Origin: a virus
Strand: one strand, 5' to 3'
IMG/VR virus record: IMGVR_UViG_3300005326_000044
Location: 28,720-92,719 of that record
DNA length: 64,000 nucleotides
Shown here: in pieces, positions 48,003 through 58,118 of the stretch
How the letters are laid out: each line of letters begins with the position of its first letter
Numbering within the stretch: position 1 is the first letter of the stretch
Position numbers and translations under genes: made by a program
The notes under the pieces: model-generated
Databases searched by the model: none
Told to the model about the DNA's origin: nothing
What the model saw: only the letters and a program-made list of their open reading frames with translations

Positions 48003-49466
48003 ATGACACCAAGGTTAGAAATAAAAGGAAGTCGAGCTTGTTTGTTTGGTAAATTTGATGCGGAGCTTCTTAATCAGTTGGACCTAGAGTTGTCTTTTAG
48101 ACCGCTTGGTTATGAATACAGTCCAGCCTATACGTCGGGGCGCTGGGATGGTAAAATTTCTTTAATGTCTTCTAATCTTGTTTTTAGAACAGGGTTAGTA
48201 CCAAGAGTTGTTGAATTTTTCAAAACCAAAAACATTGACTTAGAAGTCATTGACCATAATAGATGTACTGAGAATACTCCAATTGATATTACGCCCAGGC
48301 TTATAGAACTCAAGAAGCTTCCACGACCACACCAGCAGGAGGCTTTAGAATCTGCTCTAAGACACAAGCGCGGAATTATTCGTGTAGCCACTGGCGGCGG
48401 AAAAACTCTTGTTGCTGCAATGTTAGCGGCAGCCGTAGGGAAGCCGACTGTTATTTATGTAATCGGCAAAGATCTTCTTTGGCAGTTTCATCGTTTTTTT
48501 ACCGATATTTTTCAGACGGATATTGGTGTTGTTGGCGATGGCGAATGTAAAATTGCGAAAATTAACATCGTTTCTGTTTGGACGGCAGCCAAAGCATTTG
48601 AGCCAAACACGAAACAAATTGTAGAAGAAGATTCTGAAAAAGAGAAAGATGTAGCTAAAGAAAAGTACGAAGAGATTAGGCAGATTATCACAAACGCTAA
48701 AGTATCTATTCTTGATGAGTGTCATGCGGCAGCAAGCGATACTATTCAGTCTATTGGCGATTATATTCGCAGTGAGTACGTCATTGGAATGAGCGCTACT
48801 CCTATCAGAGATGACAATAAGAATCTGTTGACTGAAAGTTTGTTTGGTCGAATCATTGTAGATATTTCAGCGTCGCGTCTCATTAAGGATGGGTTTCTTG
48901 TAAAGCCTGTGATTCGTTTTCTTGCCGTGCCTCCAATGGATGATATGCCAAGGCATTATCAATCAATCTATAAAACCTATATAGTTGAAAACAAAACAAG
49001 AAATGATCTTATCGTTCAGGCGGCGAAAAGTCTTGTTGACCAAGGCTTTGTTACCCTAATCTTGTTTAAAGATATCAAGCATGGTTCCATTCTGTATAAA
49101 GCTTTGAAAGAGGAAATGTACTGTAGAATGCTTAATGGAACTATGTCTACTGATAAGCGTGATGAAGTTAAGAATGAAATAGAGACAGGTAAGTGTCGAT
49201 TGGTTCTTGCTTCCACAATATTTGATGTAGGAGTTGATATTGTTTCTTTAAGTGGTCTTATTCTTGCTGGTGGCGGACAATCTATTAAGACGCTTCAACG
49301 AATCGGACGTGTTATTCGATTGTATCCTGGTAAGGATTTTGCTGCTGTTATTGATTTTTATGATCAGGCAAAATACTTGAAGGACCATTCAAAACAAAGA
49401 AAGATTATTTATCTAAGAGAGCCGGGGTTTGAAGTAGAATGGCCGAAGATTAAGAAAAAACGGTAG
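48003..49466 (+). CDS. Superfamily 2 DExH helicase (UvsW/Rad25-like)
   Basis: ATGGGKT, ILDECH, GMSATP, QRIGRVIR. Confidence 0.92.
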   Translation: MTPRLEIKGSRACLFGKFDAELLNQLDLELSFRPLGYEYSPAYTSGRWDGKISLMSSNLVFRTGLVPRVVEFFKTKNIDLEVIDHNRCTENTPIDITPRLIELKKLPRPHQQEALESALRHKRGIIRVATGGGKTLVAAMLAAAVGKPTVIYVIGKDLLWQFHRFFTDIFQTDIGVVGDGECKIAKINIVSVWTAAKAFEPNTKQIVEEDSEKEKDVAKEKYEEIRQIITNAKVSILDECHAAASDTIQSIGDYIRSEYVIGMSATPIRDDNKNLLTESLFGRIIVDISASRLIKDGFLVKPVIRFLAVPPMDDMPRHYQSIYKTYIVENKTRNDLIVQAAKSLVDQGFVTLILFKDIKHGSILYKALKEEMYCRMLNGTMSTDKRDEVKNEIETGKCRLVLASTIFDVGVDIVSLSGLILAGGGQSIKTLQRIGRVIRLYPGKDFAAVIDFYDQAKYLKDHSKQRKIIYLREPGFEVEWPKIKKKR

Positions 49467-49473
49467 GTATAAA

Positions 49474-50016
49474 ATGGTAAGAACGAAAGATATTGAAAGA
49501 CTACAACGAACTAAATATGAAGCGTTTGGTGGGTATGTCTATTCTATTCCAAGATTTCCAGAATTTAATTACTGTGGAACCATATTCCGTCAAAACTATC
49601 TTGGGCCATTTTTTATCGCTCGCGTCAATGGTAACACATTCAAACCAAAGCATGAGTTGACCGTAACCTTCAATGACGCTAATCATGTTGCTTTAGATGT
49701 TTCTAAGCATGAAGGCTTGTATTATGAGTATGGTAGAATCTTAGAGGTAATCAAAAATGGTAAGTCAAGATTGATTCCAGCTTACAGTTTGACTAAAATA
49801 AATGTTGATTCTAAATTAAAAAAGGTTATCTTCCACAGAGAATTTATTCCAAACTATTGTTTGCGGCTTAACCTAAATGGGAAAATTATCGGCAAAGTAA
49901 CAAAAGCTTCTATTTTGCGAACCATACTTTTTGATCGGGTGTATGGGCAGTTCATAGTAAATCAACTTCAGTTACAGAACTCAATTCAAAACCCACTGAC
50001 AAATGAGATAAATTAA
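49474..50016 (+). CDS. Hypothetical protein
   Basis: 180-aa ORF in operon, basic. Confidence 0.65.
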   Translation: MVRTKDIERLQRTKYEAFGGYVYSIPRFPEFNYCGTIFRQNYLGPFFIARVNGNTFKPKHELTVTFNDANHVALDVSKHEGLYYEYGRILEVIKNGKSRLIPAYSLTKINVDSKLKKVIFHREFIPNYCLRLNLNGKIIGKVTKASILRTILFDRVYGQFIVNQLQLQNSIQNPLTNEIN

Positions 50017-50612
50017 TGGTAAGGTCAAAGTTTCAAAAAGATCCAGACAGTAACCTATCAACAGCATTTCAAAAGTTTGAAGCGCTGTTTGATAATTTTG
50101 ATTCTTTTCCTGTGGCTGATTGGGCAGTCACTCATGCTCTAGTATATATTTGCAAAAAGTATGAAGAAAAGTTTGGGATGAAGTTTGTTCTGTCCTATAA
50201 GGGCTCTCCAAGCACTTGCCCAGAATATAAGCTAACGGCTCGTATATTCATGATGCTTGGTGTGAAGAAGGGGCAGGGGCAAATTGTAAAAGACTTTGTC
50301 GATTTCTTTTACAAGAACTATCGTGGAAAGACTTATTTCACGAGCATTGGCGCTCTCGCCAAGAACGATATCGTTGCCGCTTTCAAGAAGCAAAAAGCGC
50401 AACTAAATAGAAAGACACGAACAACTCCATTACCAGAGAGGTTTGTTAGTATTGCTTCAAGTATTCCGGACGTTTCATTCCTTAAAACGTGGGGCGACCT
50501 TGCCTTCTTGAGACAAGCTATGGAAAGCGAAAAGAACAGTAATTATGAAAAGCTTTTCGAGAAGTTAGTTAGCGAAGGCTTAGACCTTAAAGAATTAGAT
50601 GGGATAGTATAA
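50016..50612 (+). CDS. Hypothetical protein (replication module)
   Basis: 198 aa; TAATG overlaps at both ends. Confidence 0.7.
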   Translation: MVRSKFQKDPDSNLSTAFQKFEALFDNFDSFPVADWAVTHALVYICKKYEEKFGMKFVLSYKGSPSTCPEYKLTARIFMMLGVKKGQGQIVKDFVDFFYKNYRGKTYFTSIGALAKNDIVAAFKKQKAQLNRKTRTTPLPERFVSIASSIPDVSFLKTWGDLAFLRQAMESEKNSNYEKLFEKLVSEGLDLKELDGIV

Positions 50613-51100
50613 TGCAAAATAGTGGACAAGATAGAATTGGTTGTGTAGTTCGCGTGCATATGTTGAATGGGCTTATATTTACAGGCACAGTATTGATGTG
50701 GGATGAGGCAGTCGTATATCTCTCTACAGTGTCAGGAGAACTTGTTGAAATTACTCGCACACAAGACATTAGCGCTGTGGTTTATATTGTAAAGAAGGAC
50801 GGCAATCTTTTGCGTGAAGATGATTTGAAGAAGAAGAACGCAAAGCCACAGTTGATGAAGGAGCAGAAAGAGGAAAGTAAGGAGCAAGAGAAGCCATCAG
50901 ATCAACCAACAACACGAAAAAATGAGTTGGTGGAGCGCGTCAAATCTCTTGCTGAACTGCAAAAACTCAAAGCAATTTCAGAACGAGAAGCTGCTAAAGC
51001 AAAACTGAAGACTTCGCACGCGACAGCTAAACCAGTGGAGTACCATGATCCAATATCAATTTTGCAGTCATTTAAGAACAATATCAGAAACAAAGGCTGA
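50612..51100 (+). CDS. Sm/Hfq-like fold protein with charged C-terminal tail
   Basis: VRVHMLNGLIFTGTVLMWDEAVVYL...DISAVV matches Sm1/Sm2 spacing. Confidence 0.5.
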   Translation: MQNSGQDRIGCVVRVHMLNGLIFTGTVLMWDEAVVYLSTVSGELVEITRTQDISAVVYIVKKDGNLLREDDLKKKNAKPQLMKEQKEESKEQEKPSDQPTTRKNELVERVKSLAELQKLKAISEREAAKAKLKTSHATAKPVEYHDPISILQSFKNNIRNKG

Positions 51101-51773
51101 TATTCACAAAAAGGCGATTTATAACGCTTGCCCCACATGTGCTGGCAAAGACATGGCGCAATGCGATAAATGTATGCTTAAGGCAAAGGTGATTGACCGT
51201 TATGTACAGTCCAATATCCCTGTTGACTTCTGGGAATTGGATATGAAACGTAACTTCAAAGGACACAGTAGGCTTATGAGAGCTTACAATGATATCTCGG
51301 GGTCGTTCGATGAGTACTATAAGAGTGGAAGTTCACTGTTGTTAGTTGGCAATCATGGGGTTGGTAAAACTTTCTTTGGTACATCTGTGCTAAAGTTAGC
51401 GGCTCTTCGCGGGCTAGGCGCACTATATGTTACGTTAAGTGATATTGTCAATGTATTGATCTATGGGGACTCTTCTACGAAGTTTGATGCGCGTAGAGAG
51501 TTGATGATGGTTTCATTCTTGGTGATTGATGAATTTGATTCTCGTTTTGTTGGAACAGAAGCTGCCGCCGAGTTGTTTGGAAGGGTTTTAGAAAGCATCA
51601 TTCGTATCCGCTTTCAGAACCAGATGCCCACAATATTGATAAGCAATAACTCTGACCCAACCAAGGTCTTAGGGGAAAGTCTGGGAGCTTCAATTTCAAG
51701 TCTTATTGCCGGTTATTGTATTAAGATTCCTGTGGTTGGAGAAGATTATAGAGAGACAAAGGGAGCCAAGTAA
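51045..51773 (+). CDS. DnaC/IstB-like helicase loader ATPase
   Basis: CPTC/CDKC Zn motif, GNHGVGKT, LVIDEF, PTILISN; precedes dnaB. Confidence 0.85.
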   Translation: MIQYQFCSHLRTISETKADIHKKAIYNACPTCAGKDMAQCDKCMLKAKVIDRYVQSNIPVDFWELDMKRNFKGHSRLMRAYNDISGSFDEYYKSGSSLLLVGNHGVGKTFFGTSVLKLAALRGLGALYVTLSDIVNVLIYGDSSTKFDARRELMMVSFLVIDEFDSRFVGTEAAAELFGRVLESIIRIRFQNQMPTILISNNSDPTKVLGESLGASISSLIAGYCIKIPVVGEDYRETKGAK

Positions 51774-53297
51774 ATGACTTTCGATGACACAGAAGAGCAA
51801 GAAAACACGACATACAATGTTGACCTTCAGATGTTAAACATCTTGGTCAATAACAAAAAAGAATTACGAGATTTTGTAACGCAGTTCAATGAGTATGCGT
51901 TTGAACAGCGTTACGTGCGTTTCGCTAAACATTTGATTAGCTATCTAAAAGCTTATAATTCTTGTCCAACGCTTTCTACCCTTATCGAATATTGTAACAC
52001 GAATAATAACAGTAATTTAGAGGGTTATATTACTGATGTTTGGAGCGAGGTAGAGGATAACGGAACAGACTCTCGTGAATACTCCTTCATCCTTAATAAA
52101 ATCAAGGAACGAAGGAATCGTATTCTTATCAGTACTTTCATACAGGATACGTCAGAAAATATTGATTCGCTAGATAGCCGCGAACTAGTTGAGTTGAATA
52201 ACAGACTCGTCAAGCTGACTAATGAAATTAGAAGTCTCAAGGAAAAAAGAGTCTATACTGAAATATCTATGAAGACTGGTGTTGAGGCTTATGTAAACAA
52301 GCTTCGGGCCAAGGGGAATGACCCAGCGTTGACTAGAGGGATTATGACTGGGTTCTCTACTTTCGATTATTATACTAACGGTATTCGAAAGGGAGAGCTT
52401 GGTGTAATTGTAGCTGATTCAGGTGGTGGTAAGAGTATCTTTTTAGATAACCTAGCCAAGAACGTTTACCTTGGCACAAACGTTATACCAACCACCAATA
52501 AACAATTGAAGGAGATGATTGAGACTAATTCCTTCAAGGACGATGGGAAAAATGTTCTTTTGATCTCGTTGGAGATGCCTGCGGATGAAGTAGAAGATCG
52601 CGTCATGTCTTCTATGGCAGAGGTTGATAGCCTTAATTTATCTAAGGGGCCTGAGTACATCACAGAAGAAGAAAGCAAAAGACTATCAATTGCTTTGAAA
52701 TTCAGACAGCATTATGAAAAAGAACTAAAGATTGTAGATGTACCTCGTGGCTGCTCGATGGCTCAGGTGCAACGAATCTATGATGATATTTGTGCTGAGT
52801 TTATTCCTGATTTAGTGATTATTGACTACTTGGGATTGATGACGGATGGCGGAGAAATTAATGAACAAGACTGGGAGAAACTAAAGAATATTGCCGAGCA
52901 AATGCATGAGTTCGCTCGGGTCAATGAAGTAGCTGTCTTTACAGCAGTGCAGGCGAAGTGTTCGAAGCCAGGAGAGGGAGGCGTTGGTCTTCATCGAATT
53001 GGTCGAAGCAGTATGATCTTACACAACGCTAATATTGCGCTTCAGATTGAAAACAGAGAAAATGAAGATATGCGTCCAGATGCAAGAATTCATTGTATTA
53101 AGTTTCGACGTGGGCCAAAGTTTATTATGAGCAATCTTAGAAAAGAGTTTGTGTATAATCGTTTTGCTGATGCTGGGTTTACGGAAGAACAGCGGGCGCC
53201 AAAACAAGAAGGCAAGCTTGGAGAAGATTTGTCGAGCGTCATGGCTCTAATTGAACAAGATGATTCTGAGCATGAAGCGCAGCAGGAGCAGGAATAA
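51774..53297 (+). CDS. dnaB: DnaB-like replicative helicase
   Basis: GIMTGF..D..TNG, ADSGGGKS, ISLEM, IIDYLGLM, AVQ, KFRRG. Confidence 0.9.
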   Translation: MTFDDTEEQENTTYNVDLQMLNILVNNKKELRDFVTQFNEYAFEQRYVRFAKHLISYLKAYNSCPTLSTLIEYCNTNNNSNLEGYITDVWSEVEDNGTDSREYSFILNKIKERRNRILISTFIQDTSENIDSLDSRELVELNNRLVKLTNEIRSLKEKRVYTEISMKTGVEAYVNKLRAKGNDPALTRGIMTGFSTFDYYTNGIRKGELGVIVADSGGGKSIFLDNLAKNVYLGTNVIPTTNKQLKEMIETNSFKDDGKNVLLISLEMPADEVEDRVMSSMAEVDSLNLSKGPEYITEEESKRLSIALKFRQHYEKELKIVDVPRGCSMAQVQRIYDDICAEFIPDLVIIDYLGLMTDGGEINEQDWEKLKNIAEQMHEFARVNEVAVFTAVQAKCSKPGEGGVGLHRIGRSSMILHNANIALQIENRENEDMRPDARIHCIKFRRGPKFIMSNLRKEFVYNRFADAGFTEEQRAPKQEGKLGEDLSSVMALIEQDDSEHEAQQEQE

Positions 53298-53651
53298 ATG
53301 GGATACTTGAATGATTTAGCAACCAGAACTTATGAAGCTTGTAAAGCAAGAGGCTTTCATTCTGGTGAGCCGAAGGTTGGAGACTTTTGTGCCAATCTAC
53401 ATGGGGAAGTAAGTGAGCTTTGGGAAGCATATCGTAACAATACGTTCGATATGTTTTGTAATAAAGCCGAGAAGATGATTGAGCTTGGAATTGACCCTCC
53501 TTTGTCTTGCGCGGAGGAAGAATTGGCTGACATTATCATTCGAGCTTTGGACATGGCTAAAGCGTTCAACATTGATATTGACCGCGCCGTGGAAGCCAAA
53601 GAGAAGTATAATGCTACAAGATCCTTTAGACATGGTGGAAAGAAAGCGTAG
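53298..53651 (+). CDS. MazG-like nucleotide pyrophosphohydrolase
   Basis: LHGEVSELWEA, EEELADIIIR, K..YN..R..RHG. Confidence 0.85.
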   Translation: MGYLNDLATRTYEACKARGFHSGEPKVGDFCANLHGEVSELWEAYRNNTFDMFCNKAEKMIELGIDPPLSCAEEELADIIIRALDMAKAFNIDIDRAVEAKEKYNATRSFRHGGKKA

Positions 53652-53653
53652 CT

Positions 53654-54082
53654 ATGAACAACGACAAATACAATTCTATCAAATCCTCTCTTAATAAGCT
53701 AAATCTAAAGGATTTGGAATCCATAGAAAGGCTTGTGAGAACTATTAAAAAAGCAAAAGGGCCTCAGGTCCCCGAGGCCATTTGGAAGGAATTGCGAAAA
53801 GAAGCAAACAGTTTAGATGAAATAAAGACGGACATAATATTGACTGTTCCATGTTATATTCAATCTGCGGTTACGAGCAAACATAATTATGGGAAAGCTT
53901 ATTTAGATTTTCCTGAGTGGGAACTTGAAAAAAGATTTCGAAGTTTCTTGAAAACACCGGAAGCTAAAAAGATGCTTAAGGACGCCGAAGATAAGCAAAC
54001 AGCTTTTGTTCAAAAACTAAAAAATATCGCTAAAGAGTATAACGTAACATATAGTGATCTTTTTGAATCGGTTGCTTGGTAA
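53654..54082 (+). CDS. Hypothetical protein
   Basis: 142-aa ORF in operon. Confidence 0.65.
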   Translation: MNNDKYNSIKSSLNKLNLKDLESIERLVRTIKKAKGPQVPEAIWKELRKEANSLDEIKTDIILTVPCYIQSAVTSKHNYGKAYLDFPEWELEKRFRSFLKTPEAKKMLKDAEDKQTAFVQKLKNIAKEYNVTYSDLFESVAW

Positions 54083-54093
54083 GGAGAAAGAAT

Positions 54094-54408
54094 ATGCCTA
54101 CATATTTCCACGTTTGTGAAAATCCAGATTGTAACCATGAATGGGAAGAAGAATATTCAATTAAAGCAGACCCACCGAAGGTTTGTCCAAAGTGCGGGCA
54201 GGAAACTGCCAAGAGAATGATTTCAGGTGGCTCAGGCCGAGGTATTGTTGAACTTACAGGACATGAGCTATCGCAGAAAATTAGGGAAGACGCGCAAAAG
54301 ATAAAGTCTGATGCAGCGCGTTCAGACAAAACATTAGCCAATCTCGTCGGGGAACAAAAATTCCATCAGCTTCAAACAGAAAGAGATCGAGTACCTCGAC
54401 GCAGATAA
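54094..54408 (+). CDS. FmdB-like zinc-ribbon protein
   Basis: MPTY..C..C.HEWE...CPKCG...KRMIS; AAGGAG RBS. Confidence 0.8.
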   Translation: MPTYFHVCENPDCNHEWEEEYSIKADPPKVCPKCGQETAKRMISGGSGRGIVELTGHELSQKIREDAQKIKSDAARSDKTLANLVGEQKFHQLQTERDRVPRRR

Positions 54409-54420
54409 TATAGAGGAATT

Positions 54421-55119
54421 ATGGACTTAGACCACGTTGTATTTAAAAACGAAGAAAATAGAAAAGTATTTGAGCTACTTAGTAAACTTACTGAGTTGCG
54501 TGCAAAGCTAAAGAAGAAGGGTAAGAAGACAGACGTAATTTCAACTCGTAATGCAGAGAAAGAATATGAAGTATATTTCAATTCTATGGTAAAGCGTTTT
54601 GGTTATATTGCTGAACTTCATACAAAACGATATATGAAGTATCCTAATTATCAAGACCTTCTTCAAGAGGGATACCTTGGGTTAGTTGTTGCTCTAAGGA
54701 AGTTTGACATGGCTCGTAGCAACAATTTCTTCAAACTTGCTAATTGGTATGTAAAAACTCGCGTGAAACGAGCGGCTAACAAATTTGATGTTGTCAATGT
54801 GCCGATGGCCGTTGGTAAAGAGTGCCCTCCTTGTCGGGTAGATATACCAGCCGTACTATCTGATCATTCAGAGTTTGAAATGGACATCATCGATACGATT
54901 CAACAGTCAGAAATGATTAGAAACGCATTGTCAACTTTACCACATGAAAGCAAGCAAGTGATTTGTTATTTCTATGGAATTGATTTTTCAGGCGAAGAAA
55001 TCTTTTCTGCTGAAAAGAAGAGCATTGAGGATATTTCCAAAGAGATGAAGCTTCCTAAAATGAAGATAAAAAAGATCATCGAAACAGCAACAGATAACCT
55101 AGAAATGATTGTTGAGTAA
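54421..55119 (+). CDS. Phage sigma-70 family factor
   Basis: Region 2 YQDLLQEGYLGL..A..KFD..F...A.W; region 4 L..LP....VI..FYG...SIEDIS HTH. Confidence 0.85.
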   Translation: MDLDHVVFKNEENRKVFELLSKLTELRAKLKKKGKKTDVISTRNAEKEYEVYFNSMVKRFGYIAELHTKRYMKYPNYQDLLQEGYLGLVVALRKFDMARSNNFFKLANWYVKTRVKRAANKFDVVNVPMAVGKECPPCRVDIPAVLSDHSEFEMDIIDTIQQSEMIRNALSTLPHESKQVICYFYGIDFSGEEIFSAEKKSIEDISKEMKLPKMKIKKIIETATDNLEMIVE

Positions 55120-55198
55120 TTAATCCGAATTCTCACAAGTCAATAATGGAGCATGGTTAAACGTTTGTAAGTTTAACACATCATTAGGAGTATAGCGC

Positions 55199-57559
55199 AT
55201 GTCAGTTAAATTACCTCAGGAATTAGTAGATCAGATTGTTGAAGGACTAGACCATCCATCTTATCATGACTTGGATGCGTATTATGGCGTAGATGAAAAT
55301 AGTTTGATCGCAAAAGACGTATTGAAGAATAAGTATTTTGCTCCTTGGGAAGAGTCTCCTTTTGATATGTGGGTACGATTGGCTTGGGGCGCAGCGCAAG
55401 CTGAAAAGGAAGAAGAGCGACTTTCTTGGGCGAAGAAGTACTTTAGTATTCTTCGAGATTACAAGTTTCTTCCTGGTGGCCGTATCAATTATGGTCTTGG
55501 TCGCGATGACATCAATGTAAGTTTTTCTAATTGTTATGTCGTACCAATTAAAGAAGATTCTCTTGAAGGCATTTATACTTGTCTTACTGAGGAAGCTAAG
55601 ACATATAAGACGGGTGGTGGCTGTGGGCATGATTTAAGCATTCTTCGCCCAAGAGGAACGGATATCAAAGGGAGCGGAGGGTCTTCTTGTGGTCCGGTCG
55701 GGTTCATGAATTTGTTTTCGGTAAGCACAAATACCGTACAGCAGAACAACCGTCGTGGCGCAAACATGCAGTCCATTCTTTGTACCCATCCTGATATTCA
55801 GGAGTTCATTGGGGTAAAGAATGATGTTGGTTGGGTAAAAGAAATCTTTGATAAGATTATTAAGGTGTACCCAGCAACAAAACCTCTTCTTAAGAAAGTC
55901 ATGAGGGATTTCGTCGAGAAGAAGCGTAATGTTCAACACTCGAACATTAGCGTGAAGATTCTTGACGCCTTCATGGAGGCAATTGTTTATGGCAAAGACC
56001 TTGAACTTACTTGGGGTGGCAAGGTTTACAAGGTAATCAAGAGTACTGAGCTTTGGGATCTGATTATTGGTTCTGCTCGTGATTCAGGAGAGCCAGGACT
56101 TATGTTCTGGGACCGTATGCGCGAAACGAACAACCTTGAGTATATTAATCCTATTTTAAGCTCAAATCCGTGCTCCGAGATACCCTTGGGAGCATATGCT
56201 AACTGCTTGCTTGGACACATGACTCTGCCAAGATTTGTTGTAAACGGGCTGTTTGATTTTGATGATTTTATTGCGTCTATTCGTGTAGCTCAGCGTTTCC
56301 TAGATAATATCATCACGCTCAATGATGGACGGCATGCGTTGCCTCAGCAAAATGATGTAGCTAGGAATGAACGTCGTACAGGTCTTGGTATTACAGGACT
56401 TGGCGATGCTCTTGTTATGCTTGGTTATAAGTATGGCGCAGAGGAAAGTATTGAATTTACAGATAAGCTTAGTTACACGTTTATGAGCACAGCATACGAC
56501 ACAAGTTGTGACCTTGCCGTTGAACGCGGAGTATTTCCTTGGTTCCAGTCGGAAGGTTTTTTCCAAAGCAAATTTGCGCAGAGACTTCCAGAGTACATCA
56601 AACAGAAAATTCAACTCCATGGTATTCGTAATGGAATGCTTCTGACTTGCGCTCCTGTTGGTTCCGGTTCAATTATCGCGCAGACATCAAGCGGGATTGA
56701 ACCTATCTTCCGTATTTCTTACATTCGGAAGGTGAAAGATGAACAAGAGAATTACACTGAGTATCGTGTTTATCATCCGCTTATTAAGAGTCTGTTTGTT
56801 GATAAGGAGCTAAGCGTTCCGGATTATGTTATAGATTCTTCGGAGGTTGTTCCGTCAGACCGCGTAAATATACAAGCAACTATCCAGAAGTATATTGATA
56901 ATTCTATCTCTTCTACGGTAAATCTTCCTAGAGAGGCTACCAAAGAACAAGTGTCGGATATTTATTTGCGTGCTTGGAAATCGGGATGCAAGGGGATTAC
57001 AGTATACCGAGAGGGTTCGCGTGAAGGAATTCTTCTTTCGGAGGAAGAGTACAAGCAAGCTTCTGAAGAATTCGATCTTGATTTGGTTGAGTCGGCAGAG
57101 AATGGCAAGAAACGCTATACACTAAAGCGCCCGAAGAAACTACAAGGCGAAACATATAAGATTCGTACTGATACAGGTGGAAGTAAGGGGCCAGTAAATT
57201 GTTATTATACAATCAATTTCTTCCCTAACTCTGAAATTCCTTATGAGCTTTTGGTTTCGGAACCGCCGGGCGATAAGGATATGAAAGATGTACTTATGCT
57301 GGAGTTTGCCACTCGCGCTACCAGTATGATGTTACGTCATCGGATTCCGATCGAATTTATCGTTCAACAGTACGAGAAGCTGTCTAACCAGTATTATTAC
57401 AGCTTGCCTCTGTCTATTGCCAAGGTGTTGAGAAACTATATTGCTCCTGACACCAAGATGAACGGCGAAGTATGCTCAGCTTGCGGTAGCGAAAATGTAC
57501 GTTTTGAAAACGGCTGCTACATGTGTGCTGATTGCGGTAACGGCAAGTGCTCTGGATAA
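55199..57559 (+). CDS. nrdJ: Class II (adenosylcobalamin) ribonucleotide reductase
   Basis: FLPGGR, NCYV, GGGCG, RRGANM, NPCSEIPL..CLLG, CAPVG..TSSGIEP, ISSTVN, CKGITVYR, C-terminal Zn ribbon; no adjacent beta subunit. Confidence 0.9.
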   Translation: MSVKLPQELVDQIVEGLDHPSYHDLDAYYGVDENSLIAKDVLKNKYFAPWEESPFDMWVRLAWGAAQAEKEEERLSWAKKYFSILRDYKFLPGGRINYGLGRDDINVSFSNCYVVPIKEDSLEGIYTCLTEEAKTYKTGGGCGHDLSILRPRGTDIKGSGGSSCGPVGFMNLFSVSTNTVQQNNRRGANMQSILCTHPDIQEFIGVKNDVGWVKEIFDKIIKVYPATKPLLKKVMRDFVEKKRNVQHSNISVKILDAFMEAIVYGKDLELTWGGKVYKVIKSTELWDLIIGSARDSGEPGLMFWDRMRETNNLEYINPILSSNPCSEIPLGAYANCLLGHMTLPRFVVNGLFDFDDFIASIRVAQRFLDNIITLNDGRHALPQQNDVARNERRTGLGITGLGDALVMLGYKYGAEESIEFTDKLSYTFMSTAYDTSCDLAVERGVFPWFQSEGFFQSKFAQRLPEYIKQKIQLHGIRNGMLLTCAPVGSGSIIAQTSSGIEPIFRISYIRKVKDEQENYTEYRVYHPLIKSLFVDKELSVPDYVIDSSEVVPSDRVNIQATIQKYIDNSISSTVNLPREATKEQVSDIYLRAWKSGCKGITVYREGSREGILLSEEEYKQASEEFDLDLVESAENGKKRYTLKRPKKLQGETYKIRTDTGGSKGPVNCYYTINFFPNSEIPYELLVSEPPGDKDMKDVLMLEFATRATSMMLRHRIPIEFIVQQYEKLSNQYYYSLPLSIAKVLRNYIAPDTKMNGEVCSACGSENVRFENGCYMCADCGNGKCSG

Positions 57560-57621
57560 TTCAAAAATATTGTAATTATCCTTTCTTTTCATTTTTTTAC
57601 TCCAACAACTACTAACTTTTG

Positions 57622-57658
57622 TCATCTCAGGGTACATAGTATCTTGAGGTGATTTTTT
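57622..57658 (+). terminator. Rho-independent terminator
   Basis: TCATCTCAGGGTAC-ATA-GTATCTTGAGGTGA stem with G-U pairs + T6. Confidence 0.75.
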
Positions 57659-57730
57659 ATCGCAAACTAATAAAATTACAGCAAATTCCGAAGTATGTAT
57701 AGTTTGGTATACTTTTAGGAAAGTGCTCGA

Positions 57731-58099
57731 ATGACCGTATTACTTGTAGACAGACATGAGGCTAGAAAAATAGAAGAAGAAGAGAAGGCTAAATGGATTC
57801 GCTCGGTTCTAGAGAAAATAGGAGTTCCACTAGATGATTGGCCGGAAAATCCTTCTATGGCAAACCTGCGTAAAATGCGGGACTTATTTCGTGCTGCTGG
57901 CATTGAAATCATCAACGATAACTGTGAGGGGATAGAAATTTATCTAAATGATGAAATGGTAGCTTATTGGCGCCGACCCTTTTATAAGATGGTTATGGAC
58001 CCAAGAGAACGGGACGTTCGATATAAATTCTATTACGAGATGCATCTTCAATGTGATAGCGTCTATGATCAAAATCAACAAGAAAGCCAGCAAGACTAG
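57731..58099 (+). CDS. Hypothetical protein
   Basis: 122-aa ORF, AGGA RBS. Confidence 0.7.
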   Translation: MTVLLVDRHEARKIEEEEKAKWIRSVLEKIGVPLDDWPENPSMANLRKMRDLFRAAGIEIINDNCEGIEIYLNDEMVAYWRRPFYKMVMDPRERDVRYKFYYEMHLQCDSVYDQNQQESQQD

Positions 58100-58118
58100 G
58101 TTCAATACTCGGAGGAAA

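Noticed and set aside
55156-55177. GTTAAAC-N8-GTTTAAC before nrdJ as an NrdR box or B12 riboswitch
   Set aside because: Does not match the NrdR consensus; the 79-bp gap is too short for a typical cobalamin riboswitch
51774-57559. Inteins or introns in DnaB/NrdJ
   Set aside because: Normal lengths, only short insertions, no splicing motifs
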